DNA from: Okamejei kenojei
Lineage: Eukaryota
Direction: 5' to 3'
Assembly (NCBI GenBank): GCA_035221665.1
Contig: CM069159.1
Coordinates: forward strand, 36,208,001 to 36,272,000
Length of the DNA: 64,000 nucleotides
The notes beneath the pieces are model-generated. The model did not search any database. It was not told the origin of the DNA and worked only from the letters and a program-made list of their open reading frames with translations. Position 1 is the stretch's first letter. Each line of letters starts with the position of its first letter. Positions 25,101-40,100 of the stretch are shown piece after piece. The translations under genes and the position numbers were made by a program.

Positions 25101-28100
25101 CATTTTTGGATTGTATGATTGTGGAGATTCTGATCAGATGGTCAGATGAAGATTAACAAGCACAGGATCTGCTTTGCTGGGCTGTTCTTGTGTACTCCTT
25201 TTGTGAATGTGTGTTTTTTCTCCTTGTTCCTCCATTCCTGGGTCATGATGGTACAGTATGTACATAGGCCCTTTGGTCCAACTCAGCCATGCTGACTGAG
25301 ATGCCTCTCTATACTCATCCTATTTTCCTGCATCTGCCCCAAATCCACCTGCTCTTTTCCTATTCGTGTACCTGACCAAATGCTTTTTGAACACCGTGAT
25401 TGACCTGCTTGTACCATCACCGTTGGCATCTTGTTCCATATGCCCACCATCTCCAGGTTAAAAATGTGTCCCTCAGATTGCCTTTAAATATTTTATCTCT
25501 CTCCTTTAAACAATTTTGTCCTCTAAATTTAGACACGCCTACCCGTAGAAAATACTGCGACTATCTGCCCTATTATGTAGCCTCATAATTTTATAAATCT
25601 ATATAGTTGCCCGTCAGCCTCTTGCACAATGGGAACAATTCCAGACTATTCCATCTATCCTTGTACCTCAAGCCTCCATTCCAAGCAACATCCTGGTGTA
25701 TCTCTTTTACATTCTTTCTTGCATCAGCACATTTTTTTCCTATAGTGTGACGACCAGAGCCACACACATTATTCCAAGGGTGACCTAACCATTGTCATGT
25801 ATCATGCGTCATTTGCATCTGCATCATAATGTCCCCATTGCTGACGCCAGCCTCACCTGCAAGTTGTTTCTCGGCTTATCCAAAACACTCTTCTTCAATT
25901 GGGAACAACATTACCTTCCCTCTGATCTTTGGCAAAAATCCCCATTAGAGCCCAGCCAACACTTCAAGCGAAGGGTTTCCATATCACCTAAGGTTTATCT
26001 TGCCCTGGGGATTTGTTCACTTTATTGTCCTTCAGTATCTCTAACACTTGCTCTTTCCTGAGACACACATGTCCCAGACTCTCAGCGTACACCTCACCTA
26101 CTTCTCCCACATACAGATTTTGCCTACAGATGCACCCCATGGGTAGTTCTCGCCAAGGGTGTTCCTTCACTCGATACCACATGCTGCGCTACTTGCATGT
26201 TAATGGATTTATTCAAATTCATAGTGAATATTAAATGTTGCTCATTCCAATGTGTTGAGCTTTATATAAATGCAGCTTGTGTAATTATGATGATAGAATC
26301 TTGTCACTTTTGTCTTGCTGGGGCTGGTAGGATGAAGACAACAGCTCTACAAATTCTCTTCCATGTCATAGGCCATCAGTATACATTGTCAATCTTTCAT
26401 TGACTCTGAGTTAAAGTCCAGAATTTCTCAACCTAACAACACTAGTATTTCTTCAATACAAAAGCTCTAATTATTTAAGAAGGCACATCGCAACCATTTT
26501 CTCCAGGCCATTTTCAGGATAAGGAGTAAATGCCGTCCTTTGCCGCCCATATTGCAAAAAATAAATTACTGGTATTGCCAGAAATTTACAACAAATTATA
26601 ACACATGCAACTGTTGGAATCTTGAGCAAATCACAAAGTGCTGTAGGATCTGCTGAGTTCCTCTAGCATTGTGTGTTTAGAACAGACAATGACAGGATAA
26701 ATAGATGTTGTCATTCTGATGTATTAATATTTCTGTATCATATGTTCAGAAACCAGTTTTGACAATTAGAACGAGGTTAACCTGTTTATTGTTATGGATG
26801 ATTATTGCCATGCAAAGTTTGTGCAGGCAAAGTAATCGAACCAGAGTTCTCTTTTTTTCAATGTATCTCTGATGGATGATCTGTTATATTCTGTTGATTA
26901 ATATAGGGTCAAGAGAGTGATTCTTCAGAAACATCAATACCAGGCCCTCGCATTAAACATGTTTGCAGACGGGCTGCTGTTGCACTTGGTCGGAAAAGGG
27001 CAGTGTTCCCTGACGACATGCCTACCCTGAGTGCCTTGCCATGGGAGGAGAGAGAGAAGATACTCTCTTCAATGGGAAATGATGGTAAGCAAATCAAATA
27101 CTTAATGTTTACCTGATGGTGTTGAGTCGGATTTTACTATTTGGAGGTAGAATTAGACCTCTGTGCAATTGTTTTCATGCACAATTGGAAAAAAAACCTG
27201 GTTCTGCATAAATGCAGTTTCTAAAACATGGATTCTTAAAAATATGACATCCGATAATTGATGTGGTTATTTCAAATTGGAATTTCACTCTGTGACATAA
27301 AGGATTATTTCAAACTATTATGTTAATTTTTCAGTCAAAATTGGATGAGAGCATAGTATTTGAACTAAATTATGCACACCGAACAAGAAATATTAATGCA
27401 ATCACCATTAGGTAATCTTCCAGGTCACCTCAACAAGTGATATTGTCTAGAAAATGCTGTTTACACATTTGTTCTGTGAAATATTAACTGAACTTGAGAT
27501 ATAAAATAATTGACTGATGTGGTTTGACTGATTTCTAATTAGATAACTACTTTCCGGGCAAGGAGACCTGCACCCAGAGAATATAGGGCTGTTAAAATGG
27601 ACATGAAGTCCTAGACTTAGTCATGTATCATGGAAACAGTCCCTTCGGCCAAACTCATCCATGCTGACCAAGCTGCCCCATCTAAACTAGTCCCATATCC
27701 CCACATTTGGCCCATATCTCTCTAAACCTATCCGTGCACCTGTCCAAATGTCTTAATTGCTTTTACAGCACCTTCCTGAACTACCTCCTCTGGCAGTTTG
27801 TTCCCTATACCCACCACCCTCTGAGGAGAAAAATGTGCCCATAGGTTCATATTAAATCTTGCCCCTCTCACCATAAACTTGCGTCATTTGGTTGGGAAAA
27901 TTAATTGTATAAAAATGCTGACATTTGTTAGAAAGTCTCAAAGTTTGTTTTAATCGTTTAATGAACAGTTTTAAAAGGACACAGTATTACATGCTTAGAA
28001 AAAACGCTGGTTCTTCTTCCTTTGTAAGAGAGCTCTGTTATGCGAGGATGACTTTAATGGATTACCACAGTGAGTGTATAGTTTGAGGAAGCCAGTGCTT

Positions 28101-31100
28101 CATTTGTTGAATGAAAGACATATTGTAGCTTGGACTAAAAAAAAACGTAATAACATTCCAACCCTAGAATGGAGAGCATGCAAACTTTACTACAAAAATG
28201 TGACGGTAGTGAAAGAGAATGTTGGGGCAAGCAAAAGTCTGTAGCAACTATTTGGTTTACAGCCGTAGTTTATTTGTGAGTTGGAAATTGCTTTGCAATT
28301 ATTGTTCTACCCAGGTGGAAAGTGTTCTCAGTGACTGAAATTTAACAGCCATTCCTGGAAATGTTCTGTGCATGTCTGAACACAGCTGTCTTCCAGCAGC
28401 TGAAGATTTAAATATTTGAGATGCTCTAAATATTTAGACTATGGTTTGATGTGTTTACAACGTTCTTGGAAGGGTTTATAAGGCATGTTTGAGATTTCTC
28501 TCCCTGTGATGGTTGTGAGGCTGCTCTTCTACGGAGTTGCTGCTTTGGAATTGGTTTGGATTGTACAGTGCCCTCCATAATGTTTGGGACAAAGACCCAT
28601 AATTTATTTATTTGCTCTATACTCCACAATTTGTGATTTGTAATAGAAAAAAATCACACGTGGTTAAAGTGCACGTTGTCAGATTTTAGTAAAGGCATTT
28701 TTATACATTTTGGTTTAACCATGTAGAAATTACAGCTGTGATTATACATAGTCCCCCCCCATTGCAGGGCACCATAATGTTTGGGACACATAGCTTCACA
28801 GAAGTTTGTAATTGCTCAGGTGTGTTTAAATGCCTCCTTAATGCAGGTATAAGAGAACTTTCAGCGCCTAGTATTTCTTCCAGTCTTTCCATCACCTTTT
28901 GGAAGCTTTTATTGCTGTATATCAGGACCAAATTGTGCCAATGAAAGTCAAATAAGCCGTTATGAGACTGAGAATCAAGAATACAACTGTTAGACTCCAG
29001 CCAAACCTTAGGTGTACCAAAATTAACTGTTTTGAACATCATTAAGCAGAAAGAGAGCACTGGTGAGCTTACTAATCGCAAAGGGACAGGCAGGCCAAGT
29101 AAGACCTCCACAGCTGATGACAAAAGAATTCTCTCTATAAGAAAGAAAAATCCCCAAACACCTGTCCGACAGAAAGAAACACTCTTCAATAGTCAGGTGT
29201 GGATTTGTCAATGAACACTCTCTACAGAAGACTTCACGAACAGAAATACAGAGGCTACACTGCAATATGCAAACCACTGGTTAGCCGCAAAAATAGGATG
29301 GCCGGGTTACGGCTAAGAAATCCTTAAAAGAGCAACCACAGTTCTGGAAAAATGTCTTGTGGACAGATGAGACGAAGATTAACTTACATCAGAGTGATGG
29401 CAAGAGCAAAGTATGGAGAAGAAGGAACTGCCCAAAGCATACTGCCCAAATCATCTGTGAAACACGGTGGTGGGAATGTTATGGCCTGGGCATGTATGGC
29501 TGCTGAAGGTACTGGCTCACTTATCTTCATTGATGATACAACTGCTGATGGTAGTGGCATAATGATTTCTGAAGTGTATAGACACATCTTATCTGCTCAA
29601 GTTCAAACAAATGCCTCAAAACTCTTTAGCCGACTGTTCATTCTACAGCAAGACAATGATCCCAAACATATTGCTGAAGCAACAAAGGAGTTTTTCAAAG
29701 CTTAAAAATGGTCAATTCTTGAGTGGCTAAGTCAATCACCCGATTTGAACCCAATTGAGCATGCCTTTTATATGCTGAAGCGAAAACTGAAGGGGACTAG
29801 CCCCCAAATCAAGCATGAGCTAAGGATGGCTGCAATACAGGCCTGGCAGAGCATCATCAGAGAAGACACCCAGCAACTGGTGATGTCCATGAATTACAGA
29901 CTTCAAGCAGTCATTGCATGCAAAGGATATGCAACAAAATACTAAACATGACTACTTTCATTTACATGACATTGCTGTGTCCCAAACATTATGGTGCCCT
30001 GAAATAAGGGGACTATGTAAAATCACTGCTGTTATTTCTAGTGACTGGAAATGTAAATACTGTCGAGCAATGAATCAATGAAAACATGTTCTCCAGTGAT
30101 TCACCACTGCATGGAGGATACAGCAGAAATTTATTAGATCAGATTTTAACTACTTGTGCATAGGGGAACAATTAATTTTTAACCATTTCTGTCTTGCAGA
30201 TAAATCATCAGTCGCTGGGTCAGAGGATGCTGAACCACCCACACCAGTAATTAAACCAGTAGCCAAGCACAAAGTCCCACAGGAGCCTATTGTTCGTAAA
30301 GGGAGGAGGTCACGAAGGTGTGGACAGTGTCCGGGCTGCCAAGTTCCAGATGACTGTGGCCAATGTACAAATTGCTTGGATAAGCCCAAGTTTGGTGGTC
30401 GAAATGTAAAAAAGCAATGTTGCAAGTGAGTAAAATTTCGTATGCACCTATTTGAAAGGAAAAATTAGTTAAATTTATTGCTTTTCTGAAATGGTCAAAA
30501 GTGATAGGAGTAGAATTAGGCCATTCTGCCTATTGTCTACTCCGCCATTCAATCATGGCAGATCTATCTCTCCCTCCTAACCCCATTCTCCTACTTTCTC
30601 CCCATAATCTCTTGACACCCATGCTAATCAAGAACTTATCTATCTCTGCCTTAAATATCCACTGACAACCTCCACAGCCTTCTGTGGCAAAGAATTCCCC
30701 AGATTCACCACCCTCTGACTAAATAAATTTCTCCTCGTCTCCTTCCTAAAAGAACGTCCCTTAATTCTGAGGCTATGACCTCTAGTCCTAAACGCTCCCA
30801 TTAGTGGAAACATCCTCTCCACATCCACTCTATACAAGCCTTTCAATATTCTGTATGTTTTAATGAGGTCCCCCATCATTCTTCCAAACTCTGGCGAGTA
30901 CAGGCCCAGTGCCGACAAATGCTCATCATATGTTAACCCACTCATTCCTGTAATCATGGTAGGACTATACACACTTTTCTGAGAAATATTGCACATGGTT
31001 TACACATAACTTTTAAAGTGTGGAGCCGTGCTGCATAGGGATATGTGGTTTCTAATTTGTTCAGAATATGTGTTCTTAAACAGTAAATGAGATGAATAAA

Positions 31101-34100
31101 GATGACTAAAGGGGGCAGTGTTAGCTGTGAGGAGGATGCTAGGAGGTTGCAGGATGACTTGGATAGACTGGGTGAGTGGGAAAATGCATGGCAGATGCAG
31201 TATAATGTGGATAAATGTGAGGTTATCCACTTTGGTGGCAAAAACAGGAAGGTAGACTATTATTTGAATGGTGACCGATTAGGAAAAGAGGAGATGCAGC
31301 GAGACCTGGGTGTCATGGTACACCAGTCATTGAAAGTAGGCGTGCAGGTGCAGCAGGCTGTGAAGAAAGTGAATGGTATGTTGGCATTCATAGCAAAAGG
31401 ATTTGAGTACAAGAGCAGGGAGGTTCTACTGCAGTTGTACAGGGTCTTGGTGAGGTCACACCTGGAGTATTGCGTGCAGTTTTGGTCTCCTAATCTGAGG
31501 AAAGACATTCTTGCCATAGAGGGAGTACAGAGAAGGTTCACCAGACTGATTCCTGGGATGGCTGGACTTCCATATGAAGAAAGACTGGATAGACTTGACT
31601 TGTACTCGCTGGAATTTAGAAGATTGAGGGGTGATCGCATAGAGACTTACAAAATTCTTAAGGGGTTGGACAGGCTAGATGCAGGAAGATTGTTCCCGAT
31701 GTTGGGGAAGTCCAGGACAAGGGGTCACAGTTTAAGGATAAGGGGGAAGTTTTTTAGGACCGAGATGAGAAAATCGTTTTTCACACAGAGAGTGGTGAAT
31801 CTGTGGAATTCTCTGCCACAGAAGGTAGTTCAGGCCAGTTCGTTGGCCATATTTAAGAGGGAGTTGGATGTGGCCATTGTGGCTGAAGGGATCAGGTATG
31901 GAGAGAAGACAGGTACAGGATACTGAGTTGGATGATCAGCCATGATCATATTGAATGGCGGTGCAGGCTTGAAGGGCTGAATGACCTGCTCCTGCACCTG
32001 ATTTCTATGTTTCTATGAATTATTGGTTTTATGGTTTGGTAGAGAGATGAATTGGTGGTAGAAAGCACAAGATTCTTTAAATAGAACCACAGAATGTTTG
32101 ATGCCCAGCTGAACATGCATGACATGACTCTCGTTAATAATGAATCCCCTATTTACTTAGTGAAGGTTTTGGATGATGAATTTAAACATCAGTTGGCAGT
32201 AAATTATTTGTGTGGAATGCAGGAAACTTCCAAATTTTATCTGTTTATTCCTCAACCTGCTCAGGAAAACTGTCACACAGAAACATTTTGTTTCGCCACA
32301 CTGATTAGGTTGGGATTAAGTCAACAATGGGTTCTTCCCTTGAACCTTGTTTATTGAACTTGGATGTAAATGGCACATGGATGTTTGGATTTGGTCAGAT
32401 CTTGGATTGTATTATGCCCTTTTCTGGCTGAATGACATCCCAGCTTTATCTTTGCCAATTGTATGGACACTTGAATGGGTTATTTAGAAGTTGCTGGTCC
32501 CCATGGTCCCCCCCACCCCCCAGCAAAAGTTGATGTTAGGCAAAATGAGGACTGATAACATGAATGGTATGTTGAGAATAAAGTGTTTTTCTGGAATAGT
32601 TTTCTGCAGCCAAATAGAGAACAGGTTTTAGTGGATGTGATATTGAATGCTGGCTGGATTAATTAATGACATCGTATGAAGGTGTCCCATGGTAACAATG
32701 ATGTCAATATGATGGAATGTCACTTTCAACGAGAGAAAAATGTGTCCATGTAAGGGCGATTATGAGGCCATTAGCACCAGCTAAAGTGAACTAGGGGATA
32801 GATTAGTTGAGAAACCGTGACAGATATTTAAGTTGCAGAGCAGATGCAGTCCAGTGAGAGAGAGAATATTCAACAATGGACCTCCGATCTGTAATTAACT
32901 ACAAAGTTAAATACTGAGCCTAAAGAAAAAGCATTGTGCAAAGATGGGTGGCAGGTGTGATGAGTGGATAACATTTAAATAATTGTGCAGAATGATTAAG
33001 ATTAATAAAGAAGGAATTAAATGTGAGAAAGCAAATGTGAGGGATTAATGTGAAAATGATATTAAACTGGGCATGAATCTTCATCATCTGGGCATTGAGC
33101 TTAAACGTTAGCAAGTAATGTTGTAGTTGTATAATACTTTGGTTCGGCCACATTGGAGTTTTCTGTGCTGTTCTAGCCATTACACCATAGACAGGATGTT
33201 GAAGCTTTGGTGAAGGCAAATTTGAGTGTATTATAGAAGAGATTTGACAAACTTGGGATTTTTTTCTGTGCTGCGTTGGAAGCTGAGGAACACGCTGATA
33301 GAATTATGTAATATGAGAAGCATAGATCGGGCAGAACCCTTTCCCAGGATGGAAACATTGAACAGGAGAGGGCATAGGTTTAAGGTGAGAGGGGGGGAGG
33401 AGGAGGTGTTTTAAAGGAGATGTGAGAGGTAAGATATTCTACACAGAGCGGGATAGGTGCCTGAAACATTCTTCCAGGGAAGGTGATATCGCAAGGAAAG
33501 TGGTACTCAGTAAATTTGTTGGATTGTGGACTTCATCCAGGGTCTCAAGAAGGGTCTCGACCCAAAACGTCACCTATTCCTTTTCTCCAGAGATGCTGCC
33601 TGTCCCGCTGAATTACTCCAGCTTTTTGTGTCTATCTTCATCTTGAAAGCATGATAGTTAATGTGTTTGTTTCCACATTTTCAGGAAAAGTTCTGTTCAT
33701 TAGAAGATTGGTAAATGCAACTCCTTCATTCAAAAAGGGATGGAGAAACAAAAATATATACCACATGCTAGTCAGTTTATCATCTATCATAGAGAACAAA
33801 TTAGTAGCTAAAGTATTACTGTAGGGCACTCGGAAATATAATATAATATAATATAAAAATTCAATATAATCCGGCAGAGTCGACGTGGTTTTGTGACAGA
33901 GTTTATCCATTTTATTGGAGTTATTTGAAGAAGTGCTATAAATAAAGGAAAGCTTGTGGATATGCTGCACTTGGATTTATGAACGCAATTGATAAGGTGC
34001 TTTTGAAGTTTATTTAAGAAAATAAAAATTTATGGTGTAAGTGGCAATGATTTGGTATGGATGGAAGATTGGCTGGCTAGCAGGAAACTGACCAGGAATA

Positions 34101-37100
34101 AATTAGCTCTTTCTAATTAGGAAGTTGCAATAAATGACGTGCTGCAAGTATTGGTATGTGGGCTTCAACTATTTACAATTTGTCTAAATGACATTGAAGG
34201 CACCAAAAATATCATAAACTTTGATGCATAAATATGTTGGAAGGTAAATAATGAAACGGGCAAAATTTGGGCAGGAAAAAATAACAGTGTATCAGTGAAA
34301 TAACGAGATTATTAAAATATTTTCTCTCAGATGGTCTTGAGCGGTTATAACTCTTCTGAAATCTTGGGGAAGCAGAATCTTTGACAGCTTTTAAGGCAGA
34401 GATAAATCATATTTTTATTAAATGAGGACGCAACACCTATCTGGGCTGTGAATTGTGAGGGCTCATAATAAGCACATCAGCCTTAAACATTTTGAATAGC
34501 AGAACAAGCTCGAGAGATCAAATGACCTGAACCTATTCTTAATTCTTATATTTGCATGTGTGCATGTGCCATAGCATTTACCTATAGACAGCAATCCACA
34601 GGCTACAGATTTCTGTCTTGAGTAGCAGAGAATGATCAGATCAAAATATAGAAGTCTACCCTTAACTCCAGGCCCTTTTGAGCTTTCAGGCTTCCCAAAT
34701 ACACTTCATGTGGGATTGGTGTATATTTATGTATAACCCCTGATTTAGGAAGTCATTTGATATGATTTGTAGTGTTACTGAGGTTTTAGGCAAACTCCAT
34801 GTAACTGCTCCCGTTGATTGTACACAGTCAGAATCGAGACCAAGCTATAAAAGGTATAGTGTCTGCAAATGTAAGGGAGTGCCACAGCTCATTAACCTGT
34901 TCCCTTTTGTGCCATATCTATAAAACAATTCACTAACTCTTTTTACATGCAGAATGCGGAAATGTCAGAATCTTCAATGGATGCCTTCTAAAGTACCTCC
35001 TCCAAAATCTGTTAAAGGTGAGTATGTCCTTAACTGTCCAGAGCTGGACTCTTGAGTTGGTCGGTTAAGCTGTTGAATTAGGAGTGGGTTAACAGAAAAT
35101 TAATGCATGTACCTGGCAAAAATAATAACTGTTTGAGTATGGTATCTGATGCACATTAAACTATATTGCATCTTTGATCACTGCCTTCAGGAGAGAATAA
35201 AGGAATTTGGGTGACCTTGACTAGAATTGTGTCAATTCATAATTTGGCTTATGAATTTTAACTTTGATTCTCAGTGAAGAAAAAGGAAAAGAAAACAAAA
35301 ATACAAGAGAGAAAGGAGGTGCCACCAGAAAAACAACAGACTGACATCAGCCATAAAAGCTCTCCACAGAGTGTTTCACAAGAGCACTCACAGAAAGTAA
35401 ACCAGGTTCCTCATCAACACAGTGACCAGCCATTTGAGGAAGGCAGCTCTTCCCCACCCTCTGAAGCTCGGCAACAGGCTATAATAGTTTCACCTCTGCG
35501 GAAACCTAGCAAACAACCTCCTCAGCCAACTGAGCCCAGTATGCCTCTGCAGCCAGGTCACGTGCAATTAAAGAAAGAAACAATCAAGCCTGTTCTGAAT
35601 GACTCAAAGAAAAAACAGCCACCGCAAACTGAATCAGGTAATCTGAACATGACTAGGTCAAGTTTACACACTTTGGTGCTGGGTGTTCGTGCTGAGTAGA
35701 ATTTCTTATGAAGCTCGTCCATCTTTTCCAAGAAGGTGCCAGCACAGTTGGGAAAAAAAAGGATGTTTATCAATATTGCAGGGCTTAAACTTCATCATAT
35801 GCTAGGACTTCCCTCCACTTCAGCCACACTCTTATGTGGCATAGTGGGCTTACAGCTTGCACACCTGCTGATAAACCTTGTTGTAAGTTGGATATGAGGT
35901 TGATTCCTTGCAGGAGGGGGGAGGGGTTGGGTGTTGCAATGAGCATGAATAGAGTGAAGCTAGAATCAGATCGAACACCTGCAAGCAGCATTGTAATTTG
36001 CTAGCTTGTGTCCCTCTGCCTAGGGTTGCCTGGTCATCTGTCACATTATAAAACTGATCGGCGCTGTGTCTTGCAAGGTAAATATCCTGTGTTACAGTGA
36101 GGCTGGAGATAGCTATCCTTGCAGGCAGGTACTGGGAAATTCTGTAACATGTTTGCATAACAATCAGATTTATTTAATTTGGATATCTCTCCTACTTCTA
36201 AAGAGTAATCATCTCCGTGTTGCTGCCATAATTATTTATCTCCGAGCAAGAAATCTTCCATACACTTATTTTGTCTGCTGCCATTCGTTAGTGCAATTGC
36301 TTTGGGGGAAATGTGCTGAACACAAAGTGGCCTTCTGTGATTGATGTGAAATATATAATTAATTTTCCATGTTTATTTATTTAGTTTAATTCCCTCGCGG
36401 GGTTCTTGATCAACATACTGTCTCCTAACAAAACTGAAGGCAAGCAGGCTATTTGCTTAAATATTGTAATTCCCTTCTTCAGTGTGCATCTTGGGTGACA
36501 ATGTGGCTTATTTCCCATTCCATGGGAGTGCTTCCTAACAAAATTGAGCCTTGCCATGAGAGAAAATAGATTTACACTTATCTCCTGTTACGGGCATGCA
36601 TATTGCTCATCCCTTACTGGCCTTGAGTGGGTTGATGGTGGGTTACCTTATTGAATTATTGCAGTCCACCGTATGAGGGTGCAGCCTTAAGGCTGTTGGG
36701 AAAGGTCGAGGATTTAGATCCAGTGATACTGAAGGAAAGTTGATACTTTTCCATGTCGGACGGGTTGCGACTTGGAGGTGATGTTCCTGTGCTGTGCCTA
36801 TGAGTCACTGAAGCTGGAGTCTTGCTTGATTTCTGTTCTCTTTTCTGGAGTGCTGAAACCATTCATCGTCCAAAATGCTGCACTGGGTGAGATTTTAATT
36901 ATGCACATTACTGTGTGACCTTGTGGTCCATATAGCTCAGTTATATTCTGTTTTTATAACTTTAATTGTTAGGATGCTCCATTGTACTGACATTCATTGA
37001 AGGTTCCACAAAGTTCTCAATATTTTCAGTCATAAAAGCCAGCTGTGCCTTCTGTGAGATCAGGATTTTATTGCATTTATCGTATTTAGTGGGGAAAATG

Positions 37101-40100
37101 CCTCCTAAAGTGTGACCCTGTTGTCAGTGAAAGGTTCATCTTGGCTTGTCACTTAATAAAATCTTTGTTTCCCCAGCACTAGAGCTGAACAAGCAGAAGA
37201 AACCCCCTGCTCGTTTCAATATTCAGTTAAAAACTAAAAAGCCGAAAGAAAAGGTGAGATTTAAACTTTCATCCTAGGTTTTTAATTCTACCTTAAAGAT
37301 CAACTCCAAAACATTCTGGTGCACACGTTCTGCTAGGTTATTCTGGTGACATTAAAAGTATGCCACTGTATCAAAGCTTTTGGTGATTGCGTTTGTCTAA
37401 GATGTCTTTTGTAGGTCCCTGAAATCAGTTGGTCTTTTTACAATGCTGTTCTATTTCAGCTGAATGGTAGAACAGTGTCATCAAACTTTGTTTCATGTTG
37501 AGGCCAAAATGTTATTTCCGTGTTATCCTGGCTAAATTTCACATTTAGAATATCCATTGCAAACTGGGAATTCAGGTGTGCAATAGTCAATGTGCCAGAT
37601 GTTTTTACTGTGATTTTTCATCAGTAAGGTTATTACAGATAAATAACTGTGTAGGCTACAAATCAGGTGTGTACTTGCATTCTTAGACCACGCTTGTGTT
37701 GTGCAAAATTATGTCGAGGAATGCCCAATTGTAAATCTTACATAGCTGTGCATCTCTTGCCTTGTAGTTACTTCTTCCCTACACCCATCTATTTTTCTTC
37801 ATGTCATGCACAAATGCAACATGTGGTTCAAGAGGACTATGGGATATCAGAGCTGTCCTAGATGTACACAAGAAGCCTGTTGTTGATTCTCCTTGGGACT
37901 TTATTTGCTATTAGAAGGAAAGCATCATGTCTTTTCCTGATGTCTTCCTTAGTCTATCCCATCTGTTTAGAATCATTTGATGGGATTGGAGAAACTTGTG
38001 TTGATTTTGGTTCACGTAGAAGTGTATGGTTTGAAAGGGAGATTATCTTGTTTTAAAATGAATTCCCTTATTTCCTCCCCACCTCCTACTTTGTGCAGGT
38101 ACAATTCCACTAAGGCTGGCAGTTTCCTGGTGCATTGCCAAATGTGCATTTTAATGTATGCGAATCCTGACAGTGAGTGTCATAAACTCCTTGACTGTAT
38201 GGAGCATTACAGACATTTTACTTGATAATTTTCTTTTTACATTTGTACTGGATACTGAGACCATTTGTAGCATCAACTGTTGCCCCGACTGAGAGCACAT
38301 TCTGGGCCCCTTATGCCTTAGTCCAGTATGAAGTAGTGCCTTTTACCTATGTGGACAGCTGTGGGTAGCTTTGGAATAAAATCCAGTGTTGGCTAACTTT
38401 TTTGAGTTAATTTTACCAATTAACCAGAGACCAAGACTTGCTGGCTGGGAGCAGCACGCAGTAAGACATTGGAAGCAAACTCCCCATAATGGAAGATCAT
38501 GGAAACTAAAACTATAATTTCCCAGTCTGTGCTCTGCACGTGATCAGGCTCCACAGGGAATGCTATTGCTTGCAACATTCTCCTGGGTTTTATTACTTTC
38601 ATAGAAGTATTGTCAATTCTAGCTGTTCAGGAAGACTTTATTTCATTGCTGGACAAATGATGATTTCTTTCCTGATGTTGTTAAAATAGATAAATCAATG
38701 CCTGAATTGACAAATTGTTAAAATAGACAAATCAAAATATAAATATAGATTGAAGGATGTTTACTTTGAACATCGATAATCAGGATCTTTTTTCAAATTT
38801 GGTTTCATTGCCTGTTGGACAGTGTCGTTGCTGCTCAGCCTTGAATATTCTTGTCCAAATTGTCAATACAGATGACAAACAGCAATGGGCCCAGCACCGA
38901 TCCCTAAAGTACACCACCAGTCCCAGACCTCCAGTCTGAGGAACAATCTTCCATCACCACTCTCTGCTTCCTACTAGAAAGCCAATTCTCTATACTGTTA
39001 TGAGGGAAAGCAGATACAAGCAGCAGGAATCAGAGAGTGGGTGCAGGGTTAATTCCCTGTACAGATGCTGCCTGACATGCCTATAATACACTTATAAAAT
39101 CTCTGGTTCTCCTTAATTGTATCTGCCTGAGATATATCTCAAGCCCCCCTTTTTGTCTTCCTGTTTTCTTTCTTAAAAATTCTCCTCAATACCCTATACT
39201 CCCACTGGGAAACACTTGATCTGAGCTATTTATACCTGATGTTTGAATTAATGCCCAGGTTATCATTTTATAAACATTCAGGCTTTGTTGCAACCTGTAA
39301 ATGTGCTACTAACATGGCAGTAGTTTGAAATATCTACAAGAAATTTACCTAATATCCACGTTTCATGAATTTTGATAGAAAACATGATTTCATGTATTTA
39401 TAAGAGTGGTGCCTCTCCCTTTCATCTTCCTGTCCGGACAGAACTATTTCAACTATCTGTTGGAGCTGCCCTGTCATTCGGCGAGCAGGTGGAACTCGGG
39501 TTGATTTTGCTGTTCAACATTCTTACACTCTTAGGATCCATGACACCTGCAGCTTGGCTTGGGTGTATCTGGGACCTTTTATTTGATAAAGTAAACCTGA
39601 ACACATGTCTACCTGTTTTATAAGGCAGTGCACCTATACAACATCTCATTAGACTGCCTGGCTACTTCATGAAAAGTTTCTGTTTCACGAAAGAGGGAGT
39701 ACTGAAATAGAGCATGAATCAAGGCATGAAAATTTAGAGGAGAAAACGGAGGCAGGGAAAATAAGAACGGGGGATGTTGAGAAGAGGTTGAGGAAGGATA
39801 GTGATGAATTAGAAAGTTTCAACTGAGATATAAATGTATGGAAGTGTGAAAAAGGAAAAAATGATGTATATAAAGTGAGGCACAGGAAAAAAGTAGAAGA
39901 GTGATAAGGAAATATTAATCACCAAATGTATTTTGCAAGGTGTAGCACTGCTGTAAGTACTGGAATCGGTATGTATTGTTCCATTTACTGGAGTCTACGA
40001 TGGTCTTTTCATTTCCACCTGTTCATGAAGTGAAACTACCTTTTCTGTTCTGCATTAGGATTATATAGCATGTACAATTCCTTGAACATTTTGCTTTCTG

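Noticed and set aside
29352-29945. Active or domesticated Tc1 transposase
   Set aside because: Multiple stops and frameshifts, including an early TAA after the start and stops between catalytic motifs.
31102-31926. 274-aa ORF as a nested host gene
   Set aside because: Clearly the C-terminus of CR1 ORF2, 5'-truncated, with a CR1 tail.
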